This document shows positions 51,501 through 61,654 of a stretch of DNA of 64,000 bases, piece by piece. Position numbers and translations under genes: made by a program. Position 1 is the first letter of the stretch, and the number at the start of each line of letters is the position of its first letter. Below the pieces are notes generated by a model, which was not told the DNA's origin, did not search any database, and saw only the letters and a program-made list of their open reading frames with translations. The DNA comes from a virus: IMG/VR virus record IMGVR_UViG_3300037452_000118, positions 1 to 64,000 of that record. The stretch is one strand, 5' to 3'.

Positions 51501-54500
51501 ATCCGAAGAAGAAGACCTCGACCGTGATCTTCCCCGCCGGCGACGCGCTACCGGTGAAGACGCTCAACGGGGTGGCGTTCGAGCCGTGGACGCCGCCGGC
51601 CGACGGCGACTGGAACGAGGTCGACGGCCAGATGGACATCGAGGACGAGGCGCCGCTGCCGGAGGGCGCGCAGGGCAAGCAGCTGGCCTCGGGACTGATC
51701 ATCAGGGAGAAGGACGGCCGCGTCTGGCTCGCCCGGCCGAAGGGTGGCTTCGGCGGATACGACAGCACATTTCCAAAGGGCCGGGTCGAGCACGCGCTGT
51801 CGATGCAGGCCAACGCGATCAAGGAGGCCTTCGAGGAGACCGGGCTCAAGGGGCGGATCACCGGCATGGCCGGCGACCGCGTCGGCGACGTCACGCTGAC
51901 CCGGTACTATCTCGCGGAGCGCGAGGGCGGCGATCCCAGCCGGCCCGGAGAGGAGAGCGAGGGCGTGGTGCTGGCGCCGGCGGACAAGCTCGACGGCTTC
52001 CTCAACCGCGACCGCGACCGCAAGCTGGCCAAGGAGATCGCCCAGGACGAGGAGCCCGGCGCGCCGCGGACGCTCTACGTCAACCGCCCGCTGCTCAACG
52101 CCGGCGACCTGGCGGCGTGGGCGCGGGAGCACGGCGTCAAGAAGCTGCTGCCGGCCGACGACATGCACGTTACCGTGGCGTTCAGCAAGGCGCCGCTGGC
52201 GTGGGCCGCTGCTGGGGACGGCGCGGCGAAGGTCGTCGCCGAGGGTGGCGAGCGGTCGGTCGAGCGCCTCGGCAACGAGGGCGCCGTAGTGCTGCGCTTC
52301 GAGTGCCCCGCGCTGGACCGGGACTGGCGGCGGTTCGTCGACGCCGGCGCCTCGTGGGACCATCCAGGCTACAAGCCGCACGTCACCTTCACGATGGGCG
52401 ACGTCGACGTCGACGCGGTCGAGCCCTACGACGGGCCGCTGGAGTTCGGGCCGGAAGAGTGGGACGAGATCGGCAACCGGCCGGCCGACTGGGCCGCCAA
52501 GGCGAAGGCCTCGCTGGTCGCCGCGGACGCCTTCGAGGAGGGCAAGCACCCCCGCGGGCAGCCGGAGAACAAGGGCCAGTTCGGCCCCGGAGGCGGCGGG
52601 GGCGGCCAGGCGAAGCGGACCTCGGCCGGCAGGCCGACGCCCCGGCGCGGGAGCGGGGCGGTGCTGCAAAGCCGGAGCCAGGGCGCCGCCCAGGCGGCGG
52701 CCGCGGCGCCGAAGCACGACTCCGCGAAGCTGCTGGAGAAGTCGGTCTCCGACGCGCTGGCGAAGGCCACGCCGAAGCAGAAAGAGCAGGCGGCCGACCA
52801 CGACCGCAAGACGAAAGCGTTCCTCGCCTCGGAGCCCGCCCGCAAGTCGATGGCGGCGTCGGTCAAGGCGTTCGCCGCCAAGCACGCCGCGGCGATGGCG
52901 AACTACCACCTCACCGACGCGATCATGCTGCCCGGGGTGCACCACGTCGTCGAGCAGGCGGTCTCTGCGATCGGGCTGGGCGCGGTGCCCGGCCTCACGC
53001 TGGGCGCCACCGCGGTCGCGGCGTACGCGGCGAACCGGCTGATCGAGACCTACCACCTCAACCTCACCGGGGCGAAGCAGCTGCTGGCGCCGGTGGTGCG
53101 CGGGATGGTCGACGTGCTCGGCAACGTCAAGGAGACCTCGGCGCGGATCGCCGACCTGGAGCGGCGCGGGCTCGTCGGGGCGGAGGACGCGAAACGCGAC
53201 GATACCGTGCTCGACGCGCTGATCGTACTGCTGCTGGAGGTCGAGAAGCTCGGCGAGGAGGAGCCGCAGGCCGAGGACGAGGCGCCGTTTGAGGAGTCGA
53301 AGCATCCCCGCGACGCGCACGGCGAGTTCACCAGCAAAGGCGGCGAGGGCGGGGGCGGGCAGTACATCGGCACTGGCGGCGAGGAGGATCCCGCGGAGCA
53401 GATCGCCGCGGCCAACGAGCCGCCGGCCGGCGAGGGCACGAAGCCGGTATCTACCAACGACATCGTGAAGAAGGCGAACGCGAACGCCGAGGCCGCCGGC
53501 CAGGGCGGCCTCGACGACGTGGACCCGCTGACGAGCGCGAAGCACAAGTACAACGCCGCGATCCAGCTCGGCGCCAACTACGCTACGGCGACGTGGGCGA
53601 CGACGCACGAGGAGGACGCGGCGCTCAAGCAGGTCTACAGCTCGACCGAAGACGCATGGAAAGCGCTCGCCGAGGCTGAGAAAAATAAGGCCGGCGACCC
53701 GCAACAATCGTTCAAGGCCGAGATCGCGAAGATCGACAACGCTGAGGGCGAGTACGCCGACCTCGATACCAACCTGAAATCTGCCGAAGCGAAGGTAAAG
53801 GCCGGCATGGCGCACGAGATGGCGCCGGATGATGTTGTCGATGCTCTCTCCGAGGTCGAATACAACGCGATCCAGAAGAAGTACGGCAACATTACCGGCG
53901 CCTACGCAGAGATGAAGAAGGCCGATGAGGAAAAACCTCAAGGAGCGCTGGAGTGGGCCAAAAAACTGCTTGAGACCGGGCTTGTCGGGCCAGAGGCGGA
54001 GAAGATTCTCGCCCACCTTGATACGATCGGATACGGCGACACCGACAAACTCAATGCTTTGATCGCGCAGGCTGCCGGGAAAGAAGCGCCCACTCCACAA
54101 GCCAAGGAGGGCAAAACCAAGTTCGGCGGCCTGTGGAAGGTGACCGGCCTCGGCGAGAAGGCGGACATCCAGCTCAACGCCAAGACGGTGCTCCTCAAAC
54201 CGACCAACGCCGGACAGAGCTACCGGCAGATGATGACGTTCCTGATCAACAACGCCGCGGCCGGCGACCTCGACGCCGACATCGTCGGCAAATTGAAAGT
54301 TAAACTGGTCGAGGCGCTCTACAAGGCCAGCGACAAGGCGACTCAGCTCGGCAAGGAGGGCGACGCCAAGAAGATCAACCTCGCGCTGAACAAGATCAGC
54401 ATGAAGGAGCCGGCCATCCTCGCCGCCGGGATGGGGGCGTGGGAGGCCAGCAAGAACGGCCAGCCGCCGCCGGCCTACAAGCCCCCGCAGCCCGAGCCCG

Positions 54501-55777
54501 ATCCGGCGCCGCAATCCAAGCCGACCGTGAACGACAAGGCGATGGCCTCCTTCAAGAAAGCTGCCGCCGCGATGTGGAAGAAGGCCGGTTACGGCCCCGA
54601 CAGCAAGGGCGATTCGGTCACCGCGTCCGAGAAGGCCAAGCTGGCCGCGCAGCACGGCATCTCGACGCAAGACCTCATCGACAATCTCACCTTGGCGGAG
54701 AACAAGTCGCTGAAGGATTTTTACGGCTCGATCGCCAACGCGATGAATTGGGCCGCGAACAAGGTCGAACCCGACGCCAACGAGGCGAAGGAGGTCGCCA
54801 CGATCGCGCCGGCGACGTCCGCGTCGGAGCCACCGTCATCGTTGAAGGCGACCTATGCCGAGATCACCAAGGCGAAGAAGACCGCTCCGCTCCAACTGCA
54901 GTACGTGCCGAACGCGCCGCAGACCGATGAAGCGCAGAAGCTCGTCGACGAGTTCAACGCGAAGTGGTCCGGCAAGGAGGTCGACGACGACATCGCGCTG
55001 AAGAAGATCGCCGACTTCAAGGCGATGCAGCAGAAGATGGTGCCGCTGATGAACGCGGCGCAGAAGGCGGCGGCGGAGCAGAACGCCAAGATCGCCGCGG
55101 AGGCGAAAAAATCGCAGGCGGAGCAAGTCGCGAAGTCGGCGAAGGAGACCGCGAAGCACGCGGCGCAGCTCGAGGAGTACAAGAAGGAACTCGGCGTCGG
55201 CGACGCGGAGGCCGAGGCCTTCGAGGGCCTGGTCGACATGCTCGGCGGCGACAAGCAGAAGGTGCTGGCCAGTTTCAAGAGCTACGCTACCTCCGCAGGC
55301 CACGGCCTGACCGGCTTCGAGGGCAAGCTGATCGCGGGCTACAAGTCGGACAGCAGCGTCGTCAACGCGGAGATGCGGAAGCCTATGGCGTCGTGGAAGT
55401 CGCCGAAGTTCATGTACGCCAAGATATTGAACAAGGCGCTGTCGAAGCTGCCCGGCTACAGCGGCGTCACGATCAGGAACACGCCGCTGAGCAGCGAGCT
55501 GCAGATGCGCTACCAGCCCGGCAACGTCGTCATGGAGCACGGCTTCACCGGGACCTCGAAGCAGAAGCCGAACGGGGTGTTCAGCGGCAACACGAGGTTC
55601 TACATCAAGGGGATCGGCAAGCGGGCGGCCGACATCTCGGAGATGTACGGCTTCCAGGGCGAGGGCGAGGTGCTCTACCAAGCGCACACCGCCTTCCACG
55701 TCGACAAGGTCGAGGGCCAGGTAGGCAGCGACGGCGAGGCGAGCTACAAGGTCTACATGACCGAGCTGGAGGTTTGA
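48554..55777 (+). CDS. Portal (DUF1073-like) polyprotein with kinase-like, Nudix, Acb1-like 2H phosphoesterase and ADP-ribosyltransferase domains
   Basis: Portal FLGYPYLSELAQRTEYR..IPLIKFTG.QPAGLNASAEGE; YVK..NE..WTANYD..DNL..VDLGG; KGR..AIKEAFEETG; HVT..HVT; R..FTGTS..EGEVL. Confidence 0.85.
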   Translation: MTKKAGHGGPRPGAGRKPLTPEEQEAKRVRRNEAARKRRADAKAKAAGAAVAEAPATVPAAPKGQQAGAWGDARAIEALMERMGQRRKRSRAPEFNPFQVAKHPPRATPPKKLQMAMDDGTMGWAASAWLGGFGGVFGAVGAEGLQFLGYPYLSELAQRTEYRVISETIADDATRKWIDFDVTGTIKDKEKGQDDEETEEKEEAGEPVDPDEEKQKREDRVKSSGKMEKVKQLKDELARLELRDCMYRICRDDGFFGRSHLYLDFGDDLDKTEAMNELKTPIGDGRDKLSQGKVGPQKPLAAVRPVEPVWCYPTTYNAINPLRDDWYNPQVWYVMGREIHRSRLPTFVGHPVPDLLKPAYSFGGLSLSQIAKPYVDIWLQTRDSVGELIHAFSTMVLLTDVQTNLAPGATGGPGTLMARVAAFNDFRDNMNTFVLNKNTEDFKNVSVPLGGLHELQAQSQEHVASAVRIPLIKFTGLQPAGLNASAEGEVRAYYDTIAAYQNRFLRPNLTRVLNFVQLSLWGEIDPEIVFDFEGLWEMSEKEKADLQKAEAERNQTYVDMGVIAPEEVRGVVIDDPELPFGDLDPDDVPELKEEEEGGLIPPGGGRAEEAIIGEPGAEPGGPGRPAGAPAPKPGGGHGDPAFQEDGGGAAAGARNVVPFRARGAADELDPLFASLANDAAIEWNESKHPRDPKGEFTAGASAGAASHAAETGAGAPKAKGYGWHGGPQQHFVMPQFGLWGPPGSFGGGHWRPEPRPPLDPSTLKKVGPQMGSNPGGVFEDEKGRKFYVKEGRSKDHVRNELTAADLYDLAGAPTLRYRDVAGGAHIASEMEKLSKKNASELSAEEVRKAKRDFAAHAWTANYDAVGTGGDNLVAAGPDVFTVDLGGALEYRARGKPKGDAFGNQVTEMDTMRDPSIAPDASAIFGDITPAEFRESAARVTRISDGAIRAAVKARGGSDALADKMIARRDDIAKRAKTFGAEGDPKKKTSTVIFPAGDALPVKTLNGVAFEPWTPPADGDWNEVDGQMDIEDEAPLPEGAQGKQLASGLIIREKDGRVWLARPKGGFGGYDSTFPKGRVEHALSMQANAIKEAFEETGLKGRITGMAGDRVGDVTLTRYYLAEREGGDPSRPGEESEGVVLAPADKLDGFLNRDRDRKLAKEIAQDEEPGAPRTLYVNRPLLNAGDLAAWAREHGVKKLLPADDMHVTVAFSKAPLAWAAAGDGAAKVVAEGGERSVERLGNEGAVVLRFECPALDRDWRRFVDAGASWDHPGYKPHVTFTMGDVDVDAVEPYDGPLEFGPEEWDEIGNRPADWAAKAKASLVAADAFEEGKHPRGQPENKGQFGPGGGGGGQAKRTSAGRPTPRRGSGAVLQSRSQGAAQAAAAAPKHDSAKLLEKSVSDALAKATPKQKEQAADHDRKTKAFLASEPARKSMAASVKAFAAKHAAAMANYHLTDAIMLPGVHHVVEQAVSAIGLGAVPGLTLGATAVAAYAANRLIETYHLNLTGAKQLLAPVVRGMVDVLGNVKETSARIADLERRGLVGAEDAKRDDTVLDALIVLLLEVEKLGEEEPQAEDEAPFEESKHPRDAHGEFTSKGGEGGGGQYIGTGGEEDPAEQIAAANEPPAGEGTKPVSTNDIVKKANANAEAAGQGGLDDVDPLTSAKHKYNAAIQLGANYATATWATTHEEDAALKQVYSSTEDAWKALAEAEKNKAGDPQQSFKAEIAKIDNAEGEYADLDTNLKSAEAKVKAGMAHEMAPDDVVDALSEVEYNAIQKKYGNITGAYAEMKKADEEKPQGALEWAKKLLETGLVGPEAEKILAHLDTIGYGDTDKLNALIAQAAGKEAPTPQAKEGKTKFGGLWKVTGLGEKADIQLNAKTVLLKPTNAGQSYRQMMTFLINNAAAGDLDADIVGKLKVKLVEALYKASDKATQLGKEGDAKKINLALNKISMKEPAILAAGMGAWEASKNGQPPPAYKPPQPEPDPAPQSKPTVNDKAMASFKKAAAAMWKKAGYGPDSKGDSVTASEKAKLAAQHGISTQDLIDNLTLAENKSLKDFYGSIANAMNWAANKVEPDANEAKEVATIAPATSASEPPSSLKATYAEITKAKKTAPLQLQYVPNAPQTDEAQKLVDEFNAKWSGKEVDDDIALKKIADFKAMQQKMVPLMNAAQKAAAEQNAKIAAEAKKSQAEQVAKSAKETAKHAAQLEEYKKELGVGDAEAEAFEGLVDMLGGDKQKVLASFKSYATSAGHGLTGFEGKLIAGYKSDSSVVNAEMRKPMASWKSPKFMYAKILNKALSKLPGYSGVTIRNTPLSSELQMRYQPGNVVMEHGFTGTSKQKPNGVFSGNTRFYIKGIGKRAADISEMYGFQGEGEVLYQAHTAFHVDKVEGQVGSDGEASYKVYMTELEV

Positions 55778-55781
55778 GGCG

Positions 55782-56204
55782 ATGGCGAAGCTGGAGCATC
55801 AGTACGGCGTCGGAGAGCGGTCCGACGGCACGATCGACACGTTCCCGATGAGCGAGTGGCCTGCAAGACTGGCGGAGCTCCGCGCGATGCTCGATGGCGA
55901 GACGAAGCCCGACGACCTCGAAGATCTCGGCGCGATCGAGAAGTTGTTCGAGGCGGAGCCCAAAGATGCCGCGGCTGACGAGCGCCGGACGGTCCGCGTT
56001 TTCAAGCTGAAGCCGCCCGGCGGCGAAGCGTTCGTGGCCGCGCTGGCCGGCGGCCGCATCGTGTCGAACCGTGCCGGGAAATGGGCGGACGAGGATCAGA
56101 TCAGCGTCGCCGACCTCGCGATGCCGGAGCAGCGGCTCGGCGAGTGGGACGTCGAGGAGATCCCGGCCGACGATCCAAGAGTCGCCGCGCTTCGGCGCCA
56201 GTAA
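55782..56204 (+). CDS. Acidic hypothetical protein directly after the ART domain
   Basis: Protein-like ORF starting 4 nt after the polyprotein stop. Confidence 0.5.
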   Translation: MAKLEHQYGVGERSDGTIDTFPMSEWPARLAELRAMLDGETKPDDLEDLGAIEKLFEAEPKDAAADERRTVRVFKLKPPGGEAFVAALAGGRIVSNRAGKWADEDQISVADLAMPEQRLGEWDVEEIPADDPRVAALRRQ

Positions 56205-58601
56205 CGATGCGGGCATCGCCGGTCACGCCGTCGATAACCTTGACCGAATAATCGTAGATCAAATCGCCGACCGTTGCCGGTGCGAGCATCTCGCGTAACG
56301 CCCAAAACTCCACGCCTTGCCCCGAGACAGCATAAAGTTCGCCGCGCTCGGTGACCTCCTTGCGGCCGACCTTGAACGGCTTGCCAAGCAGCGCATTGAA
56401 ATCGACGGACCACCAAGCGGCGCCATCTGGAGGGGGAGGCGGCGTTGCAACGAGGGTTACTGTATCATCGAGGCTTATGGGCTTCGATAATCCTAATGTC
56501 TCGGCCGCCTCTGGCGACATGAACAATGTCTGAGGTTCTGGAATCGCCTCCCGCATGACCGCGGCGAGAAGTTGCGCACTCTCCCATACCTGCCACGTCG
56601 GGTCACGCTGCTGCGCGTCCCAGACCCAGGACAGCGCCGCCAGAACATCGCGCGCCGCAGATTCCCGTTCCCAGTTGAACTTTCGCGCGTCTGCCAAAAA
56701 GTCTTGGCAACCCCGCAGATATGCCCGCGCCTGCTCCAACTCGGACGGCGGCCGCACCAAATGGGTGACGTCGACTATTTGGGTGACGTTCTGCAAGGTG
56801 GTCATAGATTCTCCATTTGGCGGACGAGGAAAGCGCGGGGGCGGTTTTATCCCACGCCCCCGCGCCCGTGACGGCTTCGGACCTGCCGCCTTTTGCACCG
56901 GCGGCGCCTTAAAGCCGCCCCGCCGCGGATTGCTACGCGGCGTTGGTGCTGGCGAGGCGGTACGGCGATCGACCGCCGTTTTCGTACACGCCTCGCCGCG
57001 CGAAAGGCCTTCTTATATAGAGCCCTCCGCTGTTAAGCGCCCGGATCGGTTGCACCGGATGCGCCCCGCCTGGATTGCTCCAGGTAGCCGATTATCGAGC
57101 CGGTGACGCGCTTGACGATGGAGCGGCGGGCATCGGCGACTTGCTGGTTCGACCCAAAATACTCCCTGTGGTGGAGGATGCAATCGGCCACGGCGCCGTC
57201 GACGATCCTCCATATCTGGGTGTAGCGGCCGCGCGGCTTCTGCGGCGGCACCTTGGCGCGCTTCCAGCGCTGGCGTTTTGATGCTGGCCTCTTCGCGACG
57301 AATCTCTTCAGCTCCGGCGACCACTTGCCGAGGAGGCGGCGCCGCGCCTTGCGCCGGGCCCTAGCGCCTTTCGCGCTCATTGCTTTTGCGAAAACTCTTG
57401 AAGACGTTTCAGGAAGTCTGGAGGGGGATCCGTGAAGCGCCGGGTGATCTTCAGACAAACCCATGCGAACGGGAGGGCGATGCCAAACTCGATCAGGTTG
57501 GCCAATCCCTGCGCGGCGTGTTCCGGGGTGATGCTCATCGGTCAGTTCGCCTTTCTGCCGCCGGACAGCCGGCAGCCCAGCTTGACGGAGCGCGGGTCGT
57601 CGGGCCGGCCCGCGGTCGTCACCACGACGAACAGGCCGCAATCCTCGCAGTGGACAGTGTAGGCGCCGCACCGCCTCGCCGGGTAGTCGAGCTTCAGCGA
57701 GCAGGTCGCCTCGGCGCCGGCGGAGAGGTCGGCGTCGACGCCGCGCGGGAATGCGGGGTTTGGTTTGCACTTCGGCTCGCGGCCGGCGTCGTGCCAGCGG
57801 ACGCGGAAGGTCATCGGTCGTCCTTCCATTTCGTCTCGTTCCAGGCGCTCGCCATGCAGGCTCCGACGACGACGCCGCCGACGAAACCGAGCTCGCCGAA
57901 GGAAAACCGCAGGACGAGGTAAGTCCCAGCGCCGGCGGCGAGCGCGGCGCACAGGCTGCAGGCCTGCCAGGTCCAGTAGTACGTCCGCGTCATCCTGAGA
58001 TCGGGCGGCGTCATTGCTTCCTCGGCCAAATGGTCGCGCCGCGCGCCGCCCCACGCGAAGGGTCTTTCTCCTTGAACCTGTCCTCGTCGCGCATGACCTT
58101 GGAGATCGCGGCGCGGAGGTCGCGCTGGTCGCGCCCCGTCGTGGCTTGGTAGGCCGCCGCGATGTGGTCGAGCAGGTCGGAGAGCAAGACGCCGGCGACC
58201 CTGGGGTCGTCCATGTTTTCGTTAATGTCGCCGAACGAGATCAGATAGCGGACACCGCCATCGTCGGTTTTGTACACGACGATGATCGGGTTGCGGATGA
58301 AGCCGGACGGATCGCCGCCGGGCGGGATCAGCGAATCGTCGTCTTGGATGCGGTCAGTCATGCGTCGGTCTCCTTTACGATCCCGGCCGCGGACGCCGTC
58401 TCGCCGCGCGAGACCGGGTCGACGATGGCCGCAGCGGCCGGGTACTCAACGGGGTCGGTCATCGCTCTATCCAAGCGCGGCAGCGATTGAGGTCTATAAT
58501 CAGCGTTCCCGGCTTGCGTACTGGAAACATCAAGTCCAGGACGTCATCGATGGCGCAGACGACGGCGATCTGCGGCAAAACCAAAATCCACCTCAGTGTC
58601 A

Positions 58602-58880
58602 TCATCGGATTTTCTCCGGCGACTGCGCCTTCTTCTTGGCTTCGCGCTTCTTCCTGGCCTTCGCCGCCTCTTTGATCAGCCCGGGCACCAACTGCTCGAC
58701 TTCGTCGAAGGCGATCTTCCCCTCGTCGATGAAATGCAGAAGCGCCGCCGTCGGGACCGGGATCGGCAGGCCGTTGGCGTAGCCTTGCGATGTCCGCTTG
58801 CCGATGCCGAACGCGCGCCCGAAAGCCTCTTGCGAGAGTTTGAGTTTGGCGAGCAAGCTGCGATATTGGTCCTTCGTCAT
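58602..58880 (-). CDS. XRE/Cro-like HTH regulator
   Basis: LKLSQEAFGRAFGIGKRTSQGYANG..IP. Confidence 0.75.
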   Translation of the reverse strand: MTKDQYRSLLAKLKLSQEAFGRAFGIGKRTSQGYANGLPIPVPTAALLHFIDEGKIAFDEVEQLVPGLIKEAAKARKKREAKKKAQSPEKIR

Positions 58881-59854
58881 CTTGTCCTCTCAGATGGGCG
58901 CGGAAACCGCGCTTTGTGCAACATCCGCGCCCCGGTGTCAAAACTCCTTGAACATCGGCCAGTCGTCCCAGTTCTCCTGGAGCGGGCCGAGCGCGCTCCA
59001 GACCCGCATGTAGGCCATGTGCAGTTTGTTGTCGGCGACGGAGCTCTTGAAGTTGGGGTAGGTGATCCGGTCGACCTCGCCCTTGAGCGCCTCGGCGATC
59101 GCGGACTTCTTGATCGCGGCGCGGTAGAGGTAGTCGGCCTTCGGGTCGCGCTTCACCTTCGCCTTCGGGAACACCTTCTCGATGTCGCCCTTGCGCCTGG
59201 CGCGCACCAGCAGCTCGTCGCGGGCGCAGTCCTTTGACACAATGGAGAGGAAGCAATCTGAAAGTAGCAGCCACATCGTGGTTTATTTCCTTTCCAACAT
59301 CGTCAGGCAGATCGAGTTGTGGCTATGCTCGCGTCCCCAGCGCTGCATCGCCCAGATCAGCGTATCGGCGTTGCCGCAGGCCTGCATCGCCCACCAAACC
59401 ATCCGCAAGGAAACGCTGGCGTCATCCCGGACGCTCATGGTGCTGCCGCCCTCGTCCGGCGCCCACTCGACCTTCGCCAGAAATGACATGCCATTGGCGT
59501 CGCATTTGCTGGCGAGCTCCATCAGCGTCGGCGCGATCTCGCGGTCGTAGAAAGCCTCGCGTTCTTTCTCGTCCATCCCTCAGTCCTCCCTCTTTTCCCA
59601 ACGCCACTTCTTGACGGACGAGAACGTCACGCGCACGCGAAACCGCGCCGGCACGCTGTTGTAGATGGCGTCCTTGACCGCTTGCTTCGTAGAGGCGGAC
59701 AGCCGGCGAGAAGTCGAGATGTCCCAACGGAAATCCCAAAATTCGAGGTAGTTCTCCCGAACCAGCCAATCGTCGCACTCCTCCGCGAGAAACTCGCATA
59801 TCATCTTCATCGCCTTCGTGAGGCTCGCATGGATCGGAAGTTGAGCGTGCGGCA

Positions 59855-60238
59855 TCAGTATTCGCTCGGCAGAAGGATCACGTTGTCGGTGCAGTACAGC
59901 TTGACCTCCGGCAGCGGGAAGTCAGTGAACTCGATGTGCTTGCTGGCGACGACGTTTCCGTTGCCGTCGTCGCAGCTCAGCGTCGCCCCGTTTCCAGTCT
60001 TGCCAATCGCCGCATCGTCGCGAAGGAGCGTCCAGACCTGGAACTCCTCGGCGGCGACCTTCTTGTCGAACTTCTGCGCCAGCGCGATCTCGTCCAGGAG
60101 CCAATAGGCGCCGCCGGCATCGGCGACGTGCTTCGCCCCGTCGGTGAACGTGATCTTCGGCACCAAGCCGTGCTGGTACCATTGCTCGCTGCCGGTGAAC
60201 TGCCGCAACTCCGCTTCGTTCAAGGTCATCGTCGTCAT
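59855..60238 (-). CDS. DUF6876-like phage/mobile-element protein
   Basis: FTGSEQWYQH, FTDGAK, AYWLLDEI, IEFTDFPL, ILLPSEY. Confidence 0.65.
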   Translation of the reverse strand: MTTMTLNEAELRQFTGSEQWYQHGLVPKITFTDGAKHVADAGGAYWLLDEIALAQKFDKKVAAEEFQVWTLLRDDAAIGKTGNGATLSCDDGNGNVVASKHIEFTDFPLPEVKLYCTDNVILLPSEY

Positions 60239-60511
60239 CGTTTTCTCTCCCCTCTTTGTTTCAATCCAACCCGGCGACGTGCTCGCCGATCTCGCGCAGC
60301 TCGGCCAGGACGGCCTCGAGCTTCTGCAGGCGCGCCCAATGCTCGGTCGTCGCGGCCGTCCCGGCGCCGGGGACGAGGTAGTAGTCCCGCAGGTTCGGCC
60401 CGTTCTTCTGGCAGACCTCGATGGCGTGCCGCACCGCGTTGACGCAGTCGATGTAGCCCTCGAGCAGCGCCTCGCGCGAGGTGCCGTTGAGGTGGACCGT
60501 CGGGAAGGTCG

Positions 60512-60733
60512 TCATAGCCCGATCCTCATCATGAGCTCTTCGGCGCCGTAGACGGCGTTCTCGCCGCAGCCTTCGCACTTGTACTTGCGGGCGTCGGGCT
60601 CGCAGCAGCCGTTCTCCAGCCCACAGGCGAGACAGATGCCGGGGTTGTCGAGCGAGGTCATCTGCCGCTCGCAGGCCTCCATGATCACCTCCTCGGTGAC
60701 CTTGGGGTTCACGTTTATTCCGTCGATCTTCAT
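60512..60733 (-). CDS. Small zinc-ribbon protein
   Basis: PGICLACG..EPDARKYKCEGCG. Confidence 0.6.
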   Translation of the reverse strand: MKIDGINVNPKVTEEVIMEACERQMTSLDNPGICLACGLENGCCEPDARKYKCEGCGENAVYGAEELMMRIGL

Positions 60734-61530
60734 TTTCTCAACCCCGCTTGCTGGATGATGGACAGCCCGATCAGCATCGCCTCGTCGGCCGCCTTGTGCT
60801 CCCCGCGCTGCGTCTTGCGCTGGAACGAGGACTCGACGGCGTGGACGACGTGAATCCAGTCGGCGATGGGTAGCGCGACGGCGACTATCGGCGATTTGAC
60901 CTTGGTGTCGCTCACTGCTCGCCCCCGATGAACTTTTGCCGCGCGATCTCCCATGCCTCGTTCCAGAGGGCAGTATCGGCGTCTGATCCGAAGTCCAATG
61001 GGCGGCCGACGACATCCGTGAAGGCCTCGTCCATCGCCATGTTCGCGTCGCAGAAATCGTGCGAGGCGCAGCAGCCCTCGGCATAGGCTGAGGTTTGGTT
61101 GCGCTTCCGCATCTCGGCGAACTCGCCGGGGGAAAGCCACCGCCGCAGCACCGCCGCGAACTTCTCGGCGATCTGCGCCGGGCGCTCGTCGCCCTCGGCA
61201 TAGGCGACGTAGTTCTCTGCGGCGCTTTCAAAGCCTTTGATGATTGCCATCGTTTCAAGTCTCCGCTCGATTGTCATAGAGAAGGACGGTTTGCGAGGTC
61301 CAGTCCTTCGCCGATCCGGCCCAGACCCGGCCGTTATAGCTGATATGGCCGATGACCTTGCCGTCCTGAAACAAGGCGGCGGCCGAGAGCCGGGAGGCGC
61401 CGAGACCGAGGCCGTCGCGGACGTTGGAGTAGGTCTCCGAGCATTCCTTGATCGTCGCGCACTCGAAGGCCATCCGGTTGACGCGGAACTTGTAGGCCAT
61501 TGATCTTTTCCCCTTCCTCTTATGCTCTCA

Positions 61531-61654
61531 ATATGCGCATTTTCCGCGCCTTACGCAATATCCGCGCTTACGGCGGAACGGTGTGCCTGGCACGCGCCCC
61601 CGGCATAGCCCCCGGAGGGCGCGGGTATTGCGTACGCGGATATTGCGCATATAT
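61531..61654. promoter_or_regulatory. Operator-like repeats in a divergent intergenic region
   Basis: Four copies related to GCAATATCCGCG, two on each strand, forming an imperfect inverted repeat. Confidence 0.5.

Noticed and set aside
51548-54670. 1040-aa minus-strand ORF and other long antisense or alternate-frame ORFs
   Set aside because: Shadow ORFs of high-GC coding sequence; the opposite frames carry the recognisable motifs
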